This document shows positions 29,151 through 47,358 of a stretch of DNA of 64,000 nt, one piece after another. The stretch covers positions 65,968,001-66,032,000 of the forward strand of contig OX597825.1 in assembly GCA_951406725.2 (NCBI GenBank), in the 5' to 3' direction. Position 1 is the stretch's first letter. Every line of letters begins with the position of its first letter. The position numbers were made by a program, and so were the translations under genes. The DNA comes from Octopus vulgaris (taxonomy: Eukaryota). The notes beneath the pieces are model-generated. The model ran no database searches. It was not told the origin of the DNA and worked only from the letters and a program-made list of their open reading frames with translations.

Positions 29151-30638
29151 AAAAAACGTGGCTAGGATTTTAGCTTATCGATCCTGTAAGGGTGAAAAAC
29201 TAAATTGATTTTGGTGCTGTTTGAATTCAGAATATAAAATAGTTTAATCACACCACAAAGCATTTATTGTGACATACAAGCGATTCCTGAAATCGAACGT
29301 ATTATCGAACTATAAACACTCTTTACACTTAAAGAGGTTGTTGGGTAAGATGTGAAACGAATTAGGAAAATGGATAAAAGCTAAATATGATCTCATTTGC
29401 AACATATGTTTTACAGATGCTCTGGGAGCCATCGTCAGCGATGTTTCTAGGGTCTTGCGTGGTTTCGGGTCGTTCAACATTCGACCTTCTTACCCAGTTG
29501 GCCCAGCCGGTGTTGATCATGTCGACACCCAGTTAGGTCAAGTGTGTGAAGAAAAAATCGTTGTGGCAGATATAAAGAGTATTCGAAAGTGGGTGACAAA
29601 CAAAATCTAACCTCCGTGTATTATTTCTGATAGTGTACTCTTTTAGATACTCAGCGCAACACTTTGTTTCAAGTTTAAATATGTATGAACTATATTTCTT
29701 TCTCCATCAGAAAAAAAAAGAGCAGCAAGTCAAAATAATAATTGTTGCCATCAAAGAAACATACAACTATAGTATTGCTAATATGGGCACAAGACCACAA
29801 ATTTAGGAGAAGGGAAAATAGTATAGTGGATTATATGAACTGGTTGACTAGTACTCTGTTTTATAGAGCTCGGAAGAAAAAATTAAATTTACCCGTTATG
29901 AGATTCGGGAAACCAGTAAAATATTAGTTTCATAAAGTAGCATTTTCTTTTTTATTTATTTATTCGTGTTTGGTGGAACTATACCCGTTGTTCTCAACTA
30001 TTTTCTATCTGTTAGTACTTTTGGTTCCTATTTTATTCAGATGGACCCACATAGCCGTGCGATGCTTCAAAAATCATGTTCCTTTATCTAAATGTCATTG
30101 GAAATTGTATAAAAATTGTTGAAATATTTTGTGTCTTGTAGAAATAAAAGCAATTTACTGCACACAAATTTTAACAACAAAATCTTCTATGGAACTCCAA
30201 AGGTAATATAAACCCCCCAAAAGGTCATTTCTATCCCTGCTGAGGACTATTGATCTATACAGTTGATTTCTGCACCAGGACTTCATAAATAAATTTTTTA
30301 TCGTCCTCATAACGATAAAAAGCTAAGTTGAACTTAACTGGATTTCCTTTCCGAACATTATGCAGCATAATTTAATACCGCGAGGTATATTATTCGAGAT
30401 TGAAGTATATTTTTGTTTCTACGTTAGAAATGTATGACATATTTATATTTGAGGATGGTGAATTGCTAATGTAGAAACAAAAATATACTTCAATCTGGGT
30501 GCAAAGGGACGTAACAGATTACGTCACTTTGCATCCAGATTGACTTAGCTTTTCTGCCCTTATGGGGCCGATAAAATGTACGCCAAAGTAATGATATTGA
30601 TTGCATAGACTAAAATTCGTGAAGGCTGCAGTCCAATG

Positions 30639-30820
<182 letters not shown>

Positions 30821-31383
30821 CTGAAATACAAATGTAGCGAGTATAGAATTATATACTTATAACAATAGAAAGTTGATATGAACAATATGTACGTGTGCCA
30901 AAATTTAACTTTGCGTGTATACGTACATACGAAAGAGTCTATTAATATTCTTAGTGATATCATGACATTAAGTTTCAAGTTACAAGAGAACACTTTAATG
31001 TATAATTATGTATAGAATATGTAAATTTATCAACATTAACTCGCACAACCAATGAATATTTTAAATATAACAGCAAGCAAATTAGCTGATATAAAAATTA
31101 TAAATATTAGTACGGAGCTGGCTCTGTTGCTGTTGCTGTTAATATTTGAATAGCAAATGATGGTTTAGAAGAGTTAATATAATTAGAGAGTTAATAGTAG
31201 TAATAGCAATTTTTAATCAAGGAAGCTTGTAATGCAAAAATCTGTAATTAGAAATCTACAAGCAAATAAAGTGGAATATATAAAAGTATAATGATTCCTA
31301 GTTAGCAAATACCTTTCTTTGTAACCTATTTCTAATGTAAATGAGAAGAAAATCAGAAAGACAGCAACAACATAAACAAGGTA

Positions 31384-31448
<65 letters not shown>

Positions 31449-31462
31449 CGATCAATTCATAC

Positions 31463-33541
<2,079 letters not shown>

Positions 33542-33855
33542 CCTCGGAGCACTAGGAATGATCAAGAAGGGAACCGAAAATTATATGAGAATGATCCCTG
33601 GCTTACCATCCCTGCAAGAAGTGCAAAAGATTGTCTTAACTGGTACATCACACGTATTGAGAAGAGCATTGTCGATGTGAGAATTATTACTACCCATGTA
33701 TTTTAATTTAACTTAAAAAAAAAAAATTTTTTAATGAACGAACTATTGAGTTTAGTTTAATGGCCTACCAATGTATACTATGAGTTTCTTTGCCCTAGGA
33801 GTCGGGAAGACACTCGGCAAGAAATGGAAGCAAATTTGAAAGAAGAAAAAAAAAG
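33542..33855 (+). mobile_element. Second R4/Dong-like 3' end fragment with 3' UTR, between (AAT)n tracts
   Basis: Translates LGALGMIKKGTENYMRMIPGLPSLQEVQKIVLTGTSHVLRRALSM*, homologous to the C-terminus of the neighbouring element. Confidence 0.7.
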
Positions 33856-33871
33856 TAATAATAATAATAAC

Positions 33872-33938
<67 letters not shown>

Positions 33939-34132
33939 GCCCTGATGCAGTACCAGGCAGTGGCTCCCATGGCTTCGTAATACATTATATGAGTGCAGTG
34001 CATATTACATATCTGACTGTACCATGTCTACGACACAATAAAGATTCAGAATAAAATAATTGTATCAACACCAGATAACCCATTTTATTCTCTGTGTGTG
34101 TGTGTATTATATATATATATATATATATATAT

Positions 34133-34745
34133 ATTTTCAACAATTGAGGGTAAAATTAATTAGTTACTAATCAATTTCACCAAGTATTCAGTATGTAAAA
34201 GGACCATTTAAGGCGAATTCAAAATATTACATTAATATAAAAGGGCTTAGTAAAATAAATTACTTTGCCACATACTGAACTCATTAGAAATAGCAGCCCA
34301 AAAAGTTTTTTAGCTATTTCTAATACTTAAAGAAAATTTCTCTCAGATAGTGTTTACTCAGAATAACCCACGAAGGTATGGGGGTTTGTTGGCACTGTCA
34401 GTTTGAGCGAGTCGTCTGAGGTGTTAAGTCGCCAAAAGGGTATGTTCCTACTTTCAGTGTTTCCAAATCCAAATTAAGAAATTTTGGGCTGACGAAAGAA
34501 ATGTCGAATTTTATTTGGCTGATCTAGAAACGTAACGTTCTCAAATAATCTTTGCACTTGTGATTTTTTAATGTTTTTTACCCCCATACCTTCGTGGGTT
34601 ATTCTGAGTAAACACTATCTGAGAGAAATTTTCTTTAAGTATTAGAAATAGCTAAAAAACTTTTTTGGCTGCTATTTCTAATGAGTTCAGTATGTGGCAA
34701 AGTAATTTATTTTACTAAGCCCTTTTATATTAATGTAATATTTTG

Positions 34746-34747
<2 letters not shown>
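34133..34747. mobile_element. Asymmetric fold-back element in (TA)n, near-perfect arms of about 165 bp
   Basis: 34218-34384 is the reverse complement of 34581-34746; an extra ~85-bp segment lies on the left; homologous to 21583-21940. Confidence 0.8.
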
Positions 34748-34777
<30 letters not shown>

Positions 34778-34824
34778 GATATATATATATATATGTTTGT
34801 GTATATATATATATATATAAATGT

Positions 34825-34856
<32 letters not shown>

Positions 34857-34981
34857 TTGTGTATATATATATATATATATAAATATATACATACATACAT
34901 ATATATATATGTATGTATATATTTATATATATATATATATATATATACACAAACATATATATATATATATACATATATAAT

Positions 34982-35012
<31 letters not shown>

Positions 35013-35455
35013 CATACATATATATATATATATACATATATACATACATATATGCAAACATACACATACATACTTACACATATACACACACACCCATACA
35101 TATACATAGAAATGCATACATACACACACACATACATACATACATACATACATACATACATACATACATACATACATACATAGCTATACATAATTGTTTG
35201 TGTACAAGAGTGGAATAGGAAGAAGCGAAATAGGACGCCACTGTTATAAGTGAAACATATATAACATCAGATATCATGTTAATGAAAATAAATCAAGGAA
35301 AACATTCTTTAGAAATTGGTTAAAAATTTGATATCAAAATAGAATTTTCGTCATTCAGAGAGAGAAAAAAAAGCGTTGAAATCTAATAAAATGTGATTGT
35401 AGTACATGCTTCTGAAAGGAATTAGAAATTAGGGATGTTGTGTGTTCTCTCTCTT

Positions 35456-35505
<50 letters not shown>

Positions 35506-35569
35506 ACTCACTCTCTCTCTCACTCACTCTCCGTATGTTTGTGTACGTATGCATGCACGTATCCATGAA

Positions 35570-35977
35570 TGTATGTATGTATGTATGTATGTACGTATGT
35601 ATGTATGTATGTATGTATGTATGTATGTATGTATGTATGTATGTATGTATGTATGTATGTATGTATGTATGTATGTATGTATGTATGTATGTATGTATGT
35701 ATGTATGTATGTATGTGTGTATGTATGTATGTATGTATGTATGTATGTATGTATGTATGTATGTATGTATATATGTGTGTATGTATGTATGTATGTATGT
35801 ATGTATGTATGTATGTATGTATGTATGTATGTATGTATGTATGTATGTATGTATGTATGTATGTATGTATGTATGTATGTGTATGTATGTATGTATGTAT
35901 GTATGTACGTATGTATGTATGTATGTATGTATGTATGTATGTATGTATGTATGTATGTATGTATGTATGTATGTATG

Positions 35978-36011
<34 letters not shown>

Positions 36012-36085
36012 CGTATGTATGTATGCATGCATGCATGCATGTATGTATGTACGTACGTATGTATGTATGTATGTATGTATGTATG

Positions 36086-36116
<31 letters not shown>

Positions 36117-36140
36117 GTGTGTATGTATGTATGTATGCAT
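35570..36140. repeat. Long (ATGT)n microsatellite, one of many TA/GT/ATGT/AGAT/AAT/GGT/GAA tracts
   Basis: Direct inspection. Confidence 0.95.
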
Positions 36141-36357
36141 GTAGGGATGTATGGATGGATGGATGGGAAGAAGAAAGAATAACAGAATATAGTACTATAT
36201 TACATGCCTGTAAACTGTGACTTGCATACATGCATATCTCTACAATCACAGGTATTTTCATATACATTAAAAACACGAGAAAAAAATATTTTTTTCCTTG
36301 AAGCGCATTCGCTTTTGTGTAGAGGTGCGTGTGTGTATGTACACATACACACACACA

Positions 36358-36454
<97 letters not shown>

Positions 36455-36597
36455 TGATGCAGACAAACACGCTTGAGCTTGATGTATAAAATAAAGATAA
36501 ATATACACATGGGAATATATATAGGGATATATGTAGAGAGAAACAAAAGAAAATATTCATGAAATGAATGCTGGTGTTTAAGCATATAGATATGTTT

Positions 36598-36968
36598 ATA
36601 TTACATAATAAATTTACATGGAGTACGAAAAATATAAAAAGTGAGGGGAGAAAATACGGCATTTTAAGTCCGACAATTTTTCTATGGACTGGGAATTGCC
36701 TAATAATTGTATTGTTCGTAATTGGTTCATGGTGTGAACTGCTCTTTGCCGATCTTTTCACCCTGACTAGGCCTGTTTTGCGGCTGTGTTTATACGCATC
36801 TGCTGCTAGTTGTACATCCTTGAATTTTTGCACGCTCCATCTGCCAAATATGAACTTTACGACTATTACGTAATTCCGAACCCCCCGAAACAGCTGTCGG
36901 ACTTAAATATTAGGTATTTTGCCCTTAGTTTTCTTTATGTTTGTACTCCATGTAAATTTATTTTGAAA
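36598..36968. mobile_element. Old MITE-like element with about 75-bp imperfect TIRs
   Basis: aataaatttacatggagtac...ttaagtccgaca is mirrored by tgtcggacttaa...gtactccatgtaaatttatt. Confidence 0.65.
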
Positions 36969-37588
36969 ATATATAAATATCTATTTCTCTTATTTGTAAA
37001 TGGAGAAATGAACCAGTAACTTATTTAGACAGGAGGAATCTGCATAAATGCAGAAAAAACGTCCATAGAAGCATTTTAAATGGTCTTTTGTGCTTGTACG
37101 TCTAATGTTGACAATGCCATGTTGTACATATCTATATGTATGTCTGTGTGAGCGTCTACGTGCATGTGTATAAACAAATATATATATGTGTGTACATATG
37201 TTTGTTATATGTATGTTTGTTATATGTATATATTTGTATATGTATGAATATTTACAGGCACATGTATTAATGCACGCGCATACGCACACTCACCGAGCTA
37301 CGCACATACTCCATCCCTACATATAATATCAGTTTCATTCAGCAGCACATTACAGTAGCAATTACGTGGGCACCATGTGTGTACGTACGTATATATGTGT
37401 TTATATATGTACGTGTGTGTCTGCATGCATGAATTTTGTCTCCGAATATCAGATGAAGATACGCCAACGTATTTTGACATAACGTGACGCTGAGTCAAAC
37501 TGTTATTATATGTAGGGGCGGACCTAATGGGTGGGTCGGTAAGCCTGTGTGTGTGTGCCTTAATATATGTACCTGTATATATTCATAC

Positions 37589-37637
<49 letters not shown>

Positions 37638-37923
37638 CATTTACATATGACAAACATATATACACATACGTTTATATCCACACACACAGAAATATACATA
37701 CACACATATTTATATGCATATATATATATTCTTTTACTTGTTTCACTCATTTGATTGCGGCCATGCTGGAGCGCCGCCTTTAGTCGAACAAATCGATCCC
37801 ATGACTTATTCTTTGTAAGCCTAATACTTATTCTATTGGTCTCTTTTGCCGAACCACTAAGCTACGAGGACATAAACACACCAACATCAGTTGTCAAGCG
37901 ATGGTGGGCGGACAAACACGGAC

Positions 37924-37989
<66 letters not shown>

Positions 37990-38234
37990 GACGGGCTTCT
38001 TTCAGACTCCGGTTACAAAATTACCAAACCCACTCACAAGGGTGTGGTTGGCCCGAGTCTATGGTAGACGAGACATGCCCCAAGTACCACCCAATGGGAC
38101 TGAACCGGGAACCATGTGGTTGGGAAACAAGCTTCTTACCACACAGTCACGCCTGCGTCGATGTATATATATATATATTTATATATATATGCATACATAT
38201 ATATATATATATACATATATATACACACATATAT

Positions 38235-38274
<40 letters not shown>

Positions 38275-39380
38275 ATGTATGTATGTATGTATGTATGTAT
38301 GTATGTATGTATGTATGTATGTATGTGTGTGTGTGTGTATGTATGTATGTATTATAACAGTAAGTATCTTTAACATAGGCCGAAAGACTGGAGGTAGACG
38401 ATGACGCTCCGCCATACCTTATTTCAATTGCATATGCTAATCTAATCCTAGCCTAGCTTCCTTTTCCTTCGCACAAATAAGTAAATATTTTTATTCTTTT
38501 GATTTTTGTGTGGTGACAAGCATTTTCCGCTCATCTATGTGTGTCAAGTGTACTATCAAGAGTACTCGTCACTGAGGTGGCTAAATCAGATCGAAACAGT
38601 GTGTCTGGAGATCCGCCACTGAGTGAAACCTTGGTTTTTAACAAGCAGGTGTCGTTCAGAAATTCCCTGAAACAAAACATTATACGTAGTACCGTTGTTC
38701 GTTTGTATACACATTTTAAATGTTAGATACACCGGTATTTTAATATAAGGCTGTTTAAAGAGCGTATATTAATAAAATAATAGATGCTTGTATAATCATA
38801 CTTACATACAAGTTACACATTCCATTCGTATATACACACACATTTATAAGCGCATAATCATATTTATTTAGGCACAAACATGCACACATATACACGCACA
38901 CACACACACTCGTATATACAAACTGATATATATACATATATGTACATAGATATATGCATATTCACATAAATACACACGCGATTTTACACGCAGTCATACA
39001 CACACACCTAGAGTCATATCCATGAAATTACATATTGACAAATATACTTGTATAGAGGTATATACACAGCTACAGGCTTACATACATTTATTACGTATAT
39101 ACACAGTTAAGTCAATAAACATTCTCATACACTTGATAAAGAATTCGGAGGAGTTTGTTAGTAAAATAGTTTGTTTCTTTGTGTTTTCTTAATATCTTTT
39201 TTAATGTAACACATTGTTTCGGCAATGCGTGATAGATATACATGACAAAGCTGCTAGCAGGAAGAAAAGAGAAGTTACCAAATAAAAACAAGGGAAAATA
39301 AGCAGAATATTGAAACAGATCAGAAGATTTCTTGTTTAGATTCAAACAAAGAGACGGTGTTATGAAAACAGTGGAACGGC

Positions 39381-39416
<36 letters not shown>

Positions 39417-39862
39417 AGGACATAATAAAAGAAGGAAAGAAAAGTGAAATAAATGAAGAAAAATAGGAAGACGAAAGGAGAGACAGGGAAAAGAACGAGA
39501 ATTAATGACAAAAAAATAAGGAATGGAACGAATAAAAAAAGAATGAAGAAGAAGAAGAAGAAGAAGAAGAAGAAGAAGAAAAAGAAGTCAAAGAAGAAGA
39601 GGAGGAGAAGAAGAAGAAGAAGAAGAAGAAGAAGAAGAAGAAGAAGAAGAAGAAGAAGGAGAAGAAGAAGCGTAAACTTGAAAACTAAAAAGAACAATCA
39701 AACAAAAAGATCGAGAATTGAGATAGATAGAGATAGATAGATAGATAGATAGAGAGATAGATAGATAGATAGATAGATACCGAATGCAGCTCCCAGTTAA
39801 AGTCAGTGCACATAGTAATAAGTACAATGACAATGATGATGATGACGACGACGAGGAGGAGG

Positions 39863-39894
<32 letters not shown>

Positions 39895-40342
39895 CTACAT
39901 CGAAGCCGCTTATTTCTCAACTACTTTTTACCGTACGACCCGGTCTCTGCAGTTTTCGTTTTCTCTAATTTCCCATCTTTTCAGAATCACCCATCCATTC
40001 CTGAAACCTACATGACTTCCTTTTTAACGCTTCTTTTACTCCCTGAGACACCCAATCTCAAACATTTGCTTATTCCCTCTTTCTTTGTAACAACTATCTT
40101 CTTAAAACTGCCGCATACCATTTCCATTCTATGGAACACTCGCACCACCACTTTTCGGTCTTTGAGCTACTTCGGCATCATGGTACACCTTCTACTCGAC
40201 TCTCCGTGGATAACGATTGTTTCTTCTACATACATTCGCCCCCTTTGGTATCAAGAACAGGCTATGTTTTTTTTTTCTTTCTCTTACTTCGTTCCTATCC
40301 CATTTCACTTCAACCCCTATGCATACAGAAGCAAACGTACTG

Positions 40343-41354
40343 GCTGCGAGCTGGCAGAAACGTTAAGCACGCAGGGCGAAATGCTTAGCGATATTTCGTC
40401 TGTCGCTACTTTCTGAGTTCAAATTCCTCCGAGGTCGACTTTGCCTTTCATCCTTTCGGGGTCTATTAAATAAGTACCAGTTACGCACTGGGGTCGATGT
40501 AATCGACTTAATCCGTTTGTCTGTCCTTGTTTGTCCCCACTCTGTGTTTAGCCCCTTGTGGGTAATAACGAAATAGGTATTTCGTCTGTCGCTACTTTCT
40601 GAGTTCAAATTCCTCCGAGGTCGACTTTGCCTTTCATCCTTTCGGGGTCTATTAAATAAGTACCAGTTACGCACTGGGGTCGATGTAATCGACTTAATCC
40701 GTTTGTCTGTCCTTGTTTGTCCCCACTCTGTGTTTAGCCCCTTGTGGGTAATAACGAAATAGGTATTTCGTCTGTCGCTACTTTCTGAGTTCAAATTCCT
40801 CCGAGGTCGACTTTGCCTTTCATCCTTTCGGGGTCTATTAAATAAGTACCAGTTACGCACTGGGGTCGATGTAATCGACTTAATCCGTTTGTCTGTCCTT
40901 GTTTGTCCCCACTCTGTGTTTAGCCCCTAGTGGGTAATAACGAAATAGGTATTTCGTCTGTCGCTACTTTCTGAGTTCAAATTCCGCCGAGGTCGACTTT
41001 GCCTTTCATCCTTTCGGGGTCGATAAATTAAGTACCAGTTACACACTGGAGTCGATGTAATCGACTTAATCCGTTTGTCTGTCCTTGTTTGTCCCCTCTA
41101 TGTTTAGCCCCTTGTGGGTAGTAAAGAAATAAGAAACGTTAAGCACGCCGGACGAAATGCTTAGCGGTGTTTCGTCTGTCTTTACGTTGTCAGTTCTAAT
41201 TCCGCCGAGGTCGACTTTGCCTTTCATCCTTTCGGAGTCGATTAAATAAGTACCAGTTACGCACTGGAGTCGATATAATCGACTTAATCCGTTTGTATGT
41301 CCTTGTTTGTCCCCACCCTGTGTGTAGCCCCTTGTGGGCAGTAAAGAAATAAGA
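40343..41354 (+). repeat. Head-to-tail array of SINE family A (tRNA-like head, gcctttcatcctttcggggtcgataa core), five units
   Basis: tatttcgtctgtcgctac recurs at 40392, 40578, 40764 and 40950 (186-bp period), followed by a fifth, diverged unit. Confidence 0.9.
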
Positions 41355-42825
41355 AGCACACGTACTGATGCTTGTCGATACGTCTACTCCCACGCCTACA
41401 CATATTGACCAACACGTACATAGACTTAGCTGCTTTCGCTGCTGCTGCTGCTGCTGTTGCTGTTGAGCTAACAGTCTCCATCCCAGAGCTCACAAGATGG
41501 GAGAAGTCCTAAACGTGGTCCTTTGCTATTCGTAAGACCTGCAGAAGAGAAAGCAGGTCATCCCCCGACACCGAGAGCATCGACGGATGGATGAATGCGC
41601 ATCTAGGCTCAGCTGTTGCGTAGGAAGTCGGGGACAAGAAGCGGGAAGAAAGAGTGAGAGAAAGTTGAAGCGAAAGAGTACAACAGGGGTCACCACCAGC
41701 CCCTGCCGGAGCCTCGTGGAGCTTTAGATGTTTTCGCTCAATAAACACACACAACGCCCGGTCTGGGAATCGAAACCGCGATCCTCCGACCGCGAGTCCG
41801 CTGCCCTAACCAGTGAGCCATTGCGCCTCCACTGCTGCTGCTGCCTGCCTGCCTTCCACTGTACAATCAGTTATTTCATGTTAGTTAGTGGGCATGTATT
41901 GCAGATTTCGGAATCCTTACGCTTCTCACAACACCTGTTATTCGTTAGCTCCTAACCAAGCTTGATTGAGAAACTCTACGGTAAAAGCTTTCAATTATTT
42001 CCCTCCTGTCTTTCAAGAGAGTACAAAGAACTACATTAACCAATGTCTCCTTTCGTTTTCAATTATGATAGGACGCGATTTATTTGAAGATTACGCTGTT
42101 ATTAACATGCAGAACCACACCTACTTGCCGCTGGTTTTTGAATAATCAAATAATTATTCATTATTAAATAATTAAGCGATTATTAATAACAAAAATATTG
42201 GACATTTTTGTTGGTACAACATCGCTCGGGAAACCATTAGCGTTATGAAATAATTATTACTTTAACTAGCTTAAGGAGCCATAACTAACGATTTTTTTCT
42301 TATATAAGCCTAAGGCCAACAATCTTTTCAAGTGGATTAGTCGATTAAATCGACCCCAGTACTTCACCAGTATTTTAGTTAATCGACACCGGAGGAATGA
42401 AGCGCAAAGTTGGCCTCGACGGCAGAAACGTTAGCACGTCGGACGAATTGCGTAGCCGTATTTCCTCTGCCGTTACGTTCTGAGTTCAAATTCCGCCGAG
42501 GTCGACTTTGCCTTTCATCCTTTCGGGGTCGATTAATTAAGTACCAGTTACGCACCAGTGCGTAATCGACTTAATACCTATGTCTGTCCTTGTTTGTCCC
42601 CTCTGTGTTTAGCCCCTTGTGGGTAATAAAGAAATAGGGATTTGAACTCTGGACTTAGAAGACCGGAACAAATACTGTCAGACATTTTGTCCGATTTTCA
42701 TTCATATTATTTTAAAATTTTGGCACAAGGCCAATGATTTCGGGAGACCGGGTTGCACGGTAAAGTGTAGTTGAGAAGGGAATGATTTCGATGTAGGAGG
42801 TAGAGCCAATGGCGAATCGTCATCG

Positions 42826-42865
<40 letters not shown>

Positions 42866-43892
42866 ACGTATTACCTCTTATTAACCTCTTATATAGTACG
42901 CACTAGGGATTTTGACCTTTAAATTTTTTTTGGGGGGGGGATGCGAATTATACTCGAGGATTTACGGTATATTCAAAGTAACTCTGGTTCAAATGGAAAA
43001 CAAAGTTGTCGATACGGCTTTCAGAGACAGTAAACATCGTGTAACGCATTACGATAAGTGAATTATAGGTATTGTCTTTGGAAAGGTTACGTTGGAATAT
43101 TCAAGTAACGATTAATAGTTTTCTTTATTCAATATATTCATTGATCAAAATATTAATAATGTTTTTAAAAAACCGTTATATAGAAGATATTAGAAGTTAT
43201 ATATATAGATATATATATTAATAGTTATATAGAAGTTATTACTAAAGACTAGTAGTAATAATTGTAATCCCGGACCTTCAGCCCAAAATCTTTTTTCATT
43301 ATATTTCTCTTTCTACGAACATCATCCGTGTATATGAGGTATCTGTATTTCGATACAGTGTTCAAGGAGGAGGAAGAGGAGGAGAAGAAGAAGAAGAAGA
43401 AGAAGAAGAAGAAGAAGAAGAAGAAGAAGAAGATGATGATGTTGATGAAGAAGAAGAAGAAGAAGAAGAAGAAGAAGAAGAAGAAGAAGAAGAACCAGGA
43501 GATGCTGATGATAGTGATGATGATGACTGACTTTGCTGAGGGTTACGTGATGATGATGACCGAGATAAGCCAATGTAGAGATTGGTGGTTCGAATATCAC
43601 AATCGAGATTTCTGTACCCGTAGCCAAAATCACTAAACCTTTTCGAGATTAGAAGAAGAAGAAGAAGAAGAAGAAGAAGAAGAAGAAGAAGAAGAAGAAG
43701 AAGAAGAAGAAGAAGAAGAAGAAGGGGGAGGAGGAGGAGGAGGAGGAGGAGGAGAAGAAGAAGAAGAAGAAGAAGAAGAAGAAGAAGAAGAAGAAGAAGA
43801 AGAAGAAGAAGAAGAGTGAGATAATGATAAATTTGAACACCGAAAGAGAGAATGAAACTAAAAAGAACAAGCAAACAAAATGATCGAGAACT

Positions 43893-44982
<1,090 letters not shown>

Positions 44983-45180
44983 AAAGTGCAAAACCAAATT
45001 AACAAAAACAAAGATACAATAGAACAGATAGAAATAATGCACAAGACGAAGTATAAAATTGTTTAGTAGAAGAAAATGCACGACCATTGTTACTTCTAGT
45101 GTTACTACCGTAGTACTAATATTACTACTACACTAAATTACAGTAGACAATATACTAATGTATTCTCACCCCACACTTAC

Positions 45181-45297
45181 ACTTTAATCCGGTAGGGAGC
45201 GTTGTTATATCCGGTGACACTGTACGTACACGTTCCGTGGTTTCATCTTTTCGATTAGGATATCCGTTAGTGGATAGTGTTGTCCTGTGTCTGGATC
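45181..45297 (-). CDS. Ig-superfamily gene, Ser/Thr/Pro-rich stalk exon (R-SRHRTTLSTNGYPNRKDETTERVRTVSPDITTLPTGLK)
   Basis: Acceptor cccttcacctccag|GA and donor AAGT|gtaagt; 117 nt, phase 1/1, open frame; a GC-richer unique island among repeats; absent from the ORF track. Confidence 0.75.
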
Positions 45298-45879
45298 CTG
45301 GAGGTGAAGGGACGGGGTTTTTACGTCGTCCTTTCTCGCCTTTTTTTTTTCATTGATTTTTTTTTTTAAAAACCGAAAATAAGGTTAAGAATATACAAAA
45401 TGATATAAATATGTTATGTGGATATGCGTATATATATTATGCGGATATGTATGTATGTATATATATGCATATATATATATATATATATATATATAACTTA
45501 CAAAATAAGGGCAAAAGAAAAATTCTAATGCCAAATATGCCGAAAAAAAGACAAAATTGTAAATAACCATTATAATTTATGCGTCTCGAAACAAGCCGAT
45601 AGAAATTTCTAAAAAATCCGTTATTACCGTATTGGTCCCAATTTCGGGGTCAATTCATAAGAATTTTCCCCTCGTCAGCGATAAATACGTAAGACATAAA
45701 TGAGATACTTACTCATACCTATGGAAAAAGCAAGCACTAAGTCCCGAGCAGACCTAAATACCCCAAATATATCCAAAATAGAAAATCTTCAGCACATCTC
45801 GAGACACGTGTGATTCGAACTAGAAACTTTCACAGAGTGAGAGAATCCGAAAGTGAACACTATTTTATCCTACATTAGT

Positions 45880-45980
<101 letters not shown>

Positions 45981-46083
45981 ATACTCACATATTGGATTTT
46001 AATATTGACTAGATCTATATTCGAAAGCGTTTCCATGATGACCATGCCATCGATTTTTGTTTTTCTATTGTTTTGTTTCCATA

Positions 46084-46375
46084 TCTATAATATAAATCCC
46101 GTTCTGTGTGTGTGTGTTATTGTGTGTGCACGTGTGTGTGTGTGTGTGTGTGTAAAATTATAACGGTCGTATTTTTCAACTGATTTTCTCCAAACTAGGA
46201 ACATACATTACTTATGTTCCTGGGATGGTTTTAGACTCTTAAAAGTTTTCACATAATGCGTAACAGGCCTCCTGGGGTGCAGGAAACAACCGTTTCTGGG
46301 ATACGTGAAGGGATGTAACGCTTTGTGAAGTAACTTTCAGAAATTGATAATCTCTCTTACATCTATTGGTCAAAA
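46084..46375 (+). mobile_element. Helitron-like 5' fragment
   Basis: A|TCTATAATATAAA start followed by a (GT)n tract. Confidence 0.45.
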
Positions 46376-46585
46376 AATTATACACACGCATACACATGCA
46401 TACACACACACACATACACACACACACACACACACATTTTACAAGCTAAAAACAGCAGGTTGTATTTAATATTAATCATAACTATGTTCGAAAACGTTTT
46501 AATGATGATTACACAGTCTTTTTTTTTTTTCGTATTTTGTGTCTTTCTTTTTTGTTTTTGGCGGAAGGAATTGATATGCACTATA

Positions 46586-46802
46586 CGAGGTGGGTGTTGA
46601 AAAGTTCCTGACTTCGGGTAAAAGAAAATACAGGAGAATCAGTTAATTATGATTTTATTCAACATATACTCCTCTCAGATTCACACATTGCAGCAGTGTC
46701 CTTCAGATTTTCTAAGCCCTAAAAAAGAACTCGGATGGTTGGGCCTACATCCAGGCCTTTCACAAAACCCTTAAAGCCAGGAACTTTTCAGGACCCCACT
46801 CA
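46586..46802. mobile_element. Mariner-type MITE
   Basis: Imperfect TIRs cgaggtgggtgttgaaaagttcctgactt / aagccaggaacttttcaggaccccactca with TA flanks. Confidence 0.7.
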
Positions 46803-47303
46803 TAGTGAGGATATAGTGACGATCAATATGTTTTGCGATATTTTCTCTGACTCATTGTAGACTTAACGTCTTAGGTCGTAGATTTCATCCATTATCCGAT
46901 TTAATGCCCTAAAAAACTGTCATTTAGTTTAATACCAACACCACCTGGTCCTTGGATGGCCTTAGCGGAGCCCAGTTTGTTGGAAGAATTCATGTCAAGA
47001 ATTCTGCGAGAGTATAACTTTCTTTGGCAGGTCTTAGCGACCTTGAAACAATAAGCGATCATATACACTGCCCCTTATTTTTTGACTAAGCCAATACAAA
47101 TAAAATTGTCCAATGCATCCTTCCATTTTTTGTTTCTTTCTGAGACGGCACAATGTGATTTAAGGAAGATTTGGCTGTTATTTCTAACAGGTCGAATGAT
47201 GTGGTAGAGACTTCCTCGTTGGCTCTTCAAATGCTAATGTTTCAATCTTTAATGCGTGCAGAGTGAAGAGTGAATAGCAATGAGGATATATATATATATA
47301 TAT

Positions 47304-47358
<55 letters not shown>

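Noticed and set aside
34581-34746. Possible hammerhead in the fold-back arms (ctgagaga...gaaatagc)
   Set aside because: It does not match CUGANGA and no stem I or II could be formed.
36267-36833. Minus ORF with an RVKR furin-like site and hydrophobic stretch, as a possible exon of the Ig gene
   Set aside because: It lies inside an inverted-repeat element, its nearest acceptor is phase 2, and it runs into microsatellite.
39784-40416. 210-aa plus-strand ORF
   Set aside because: It is a composite of a (GAT)n tract, a probable repeat remnant and a SINE head, with no domain motif.
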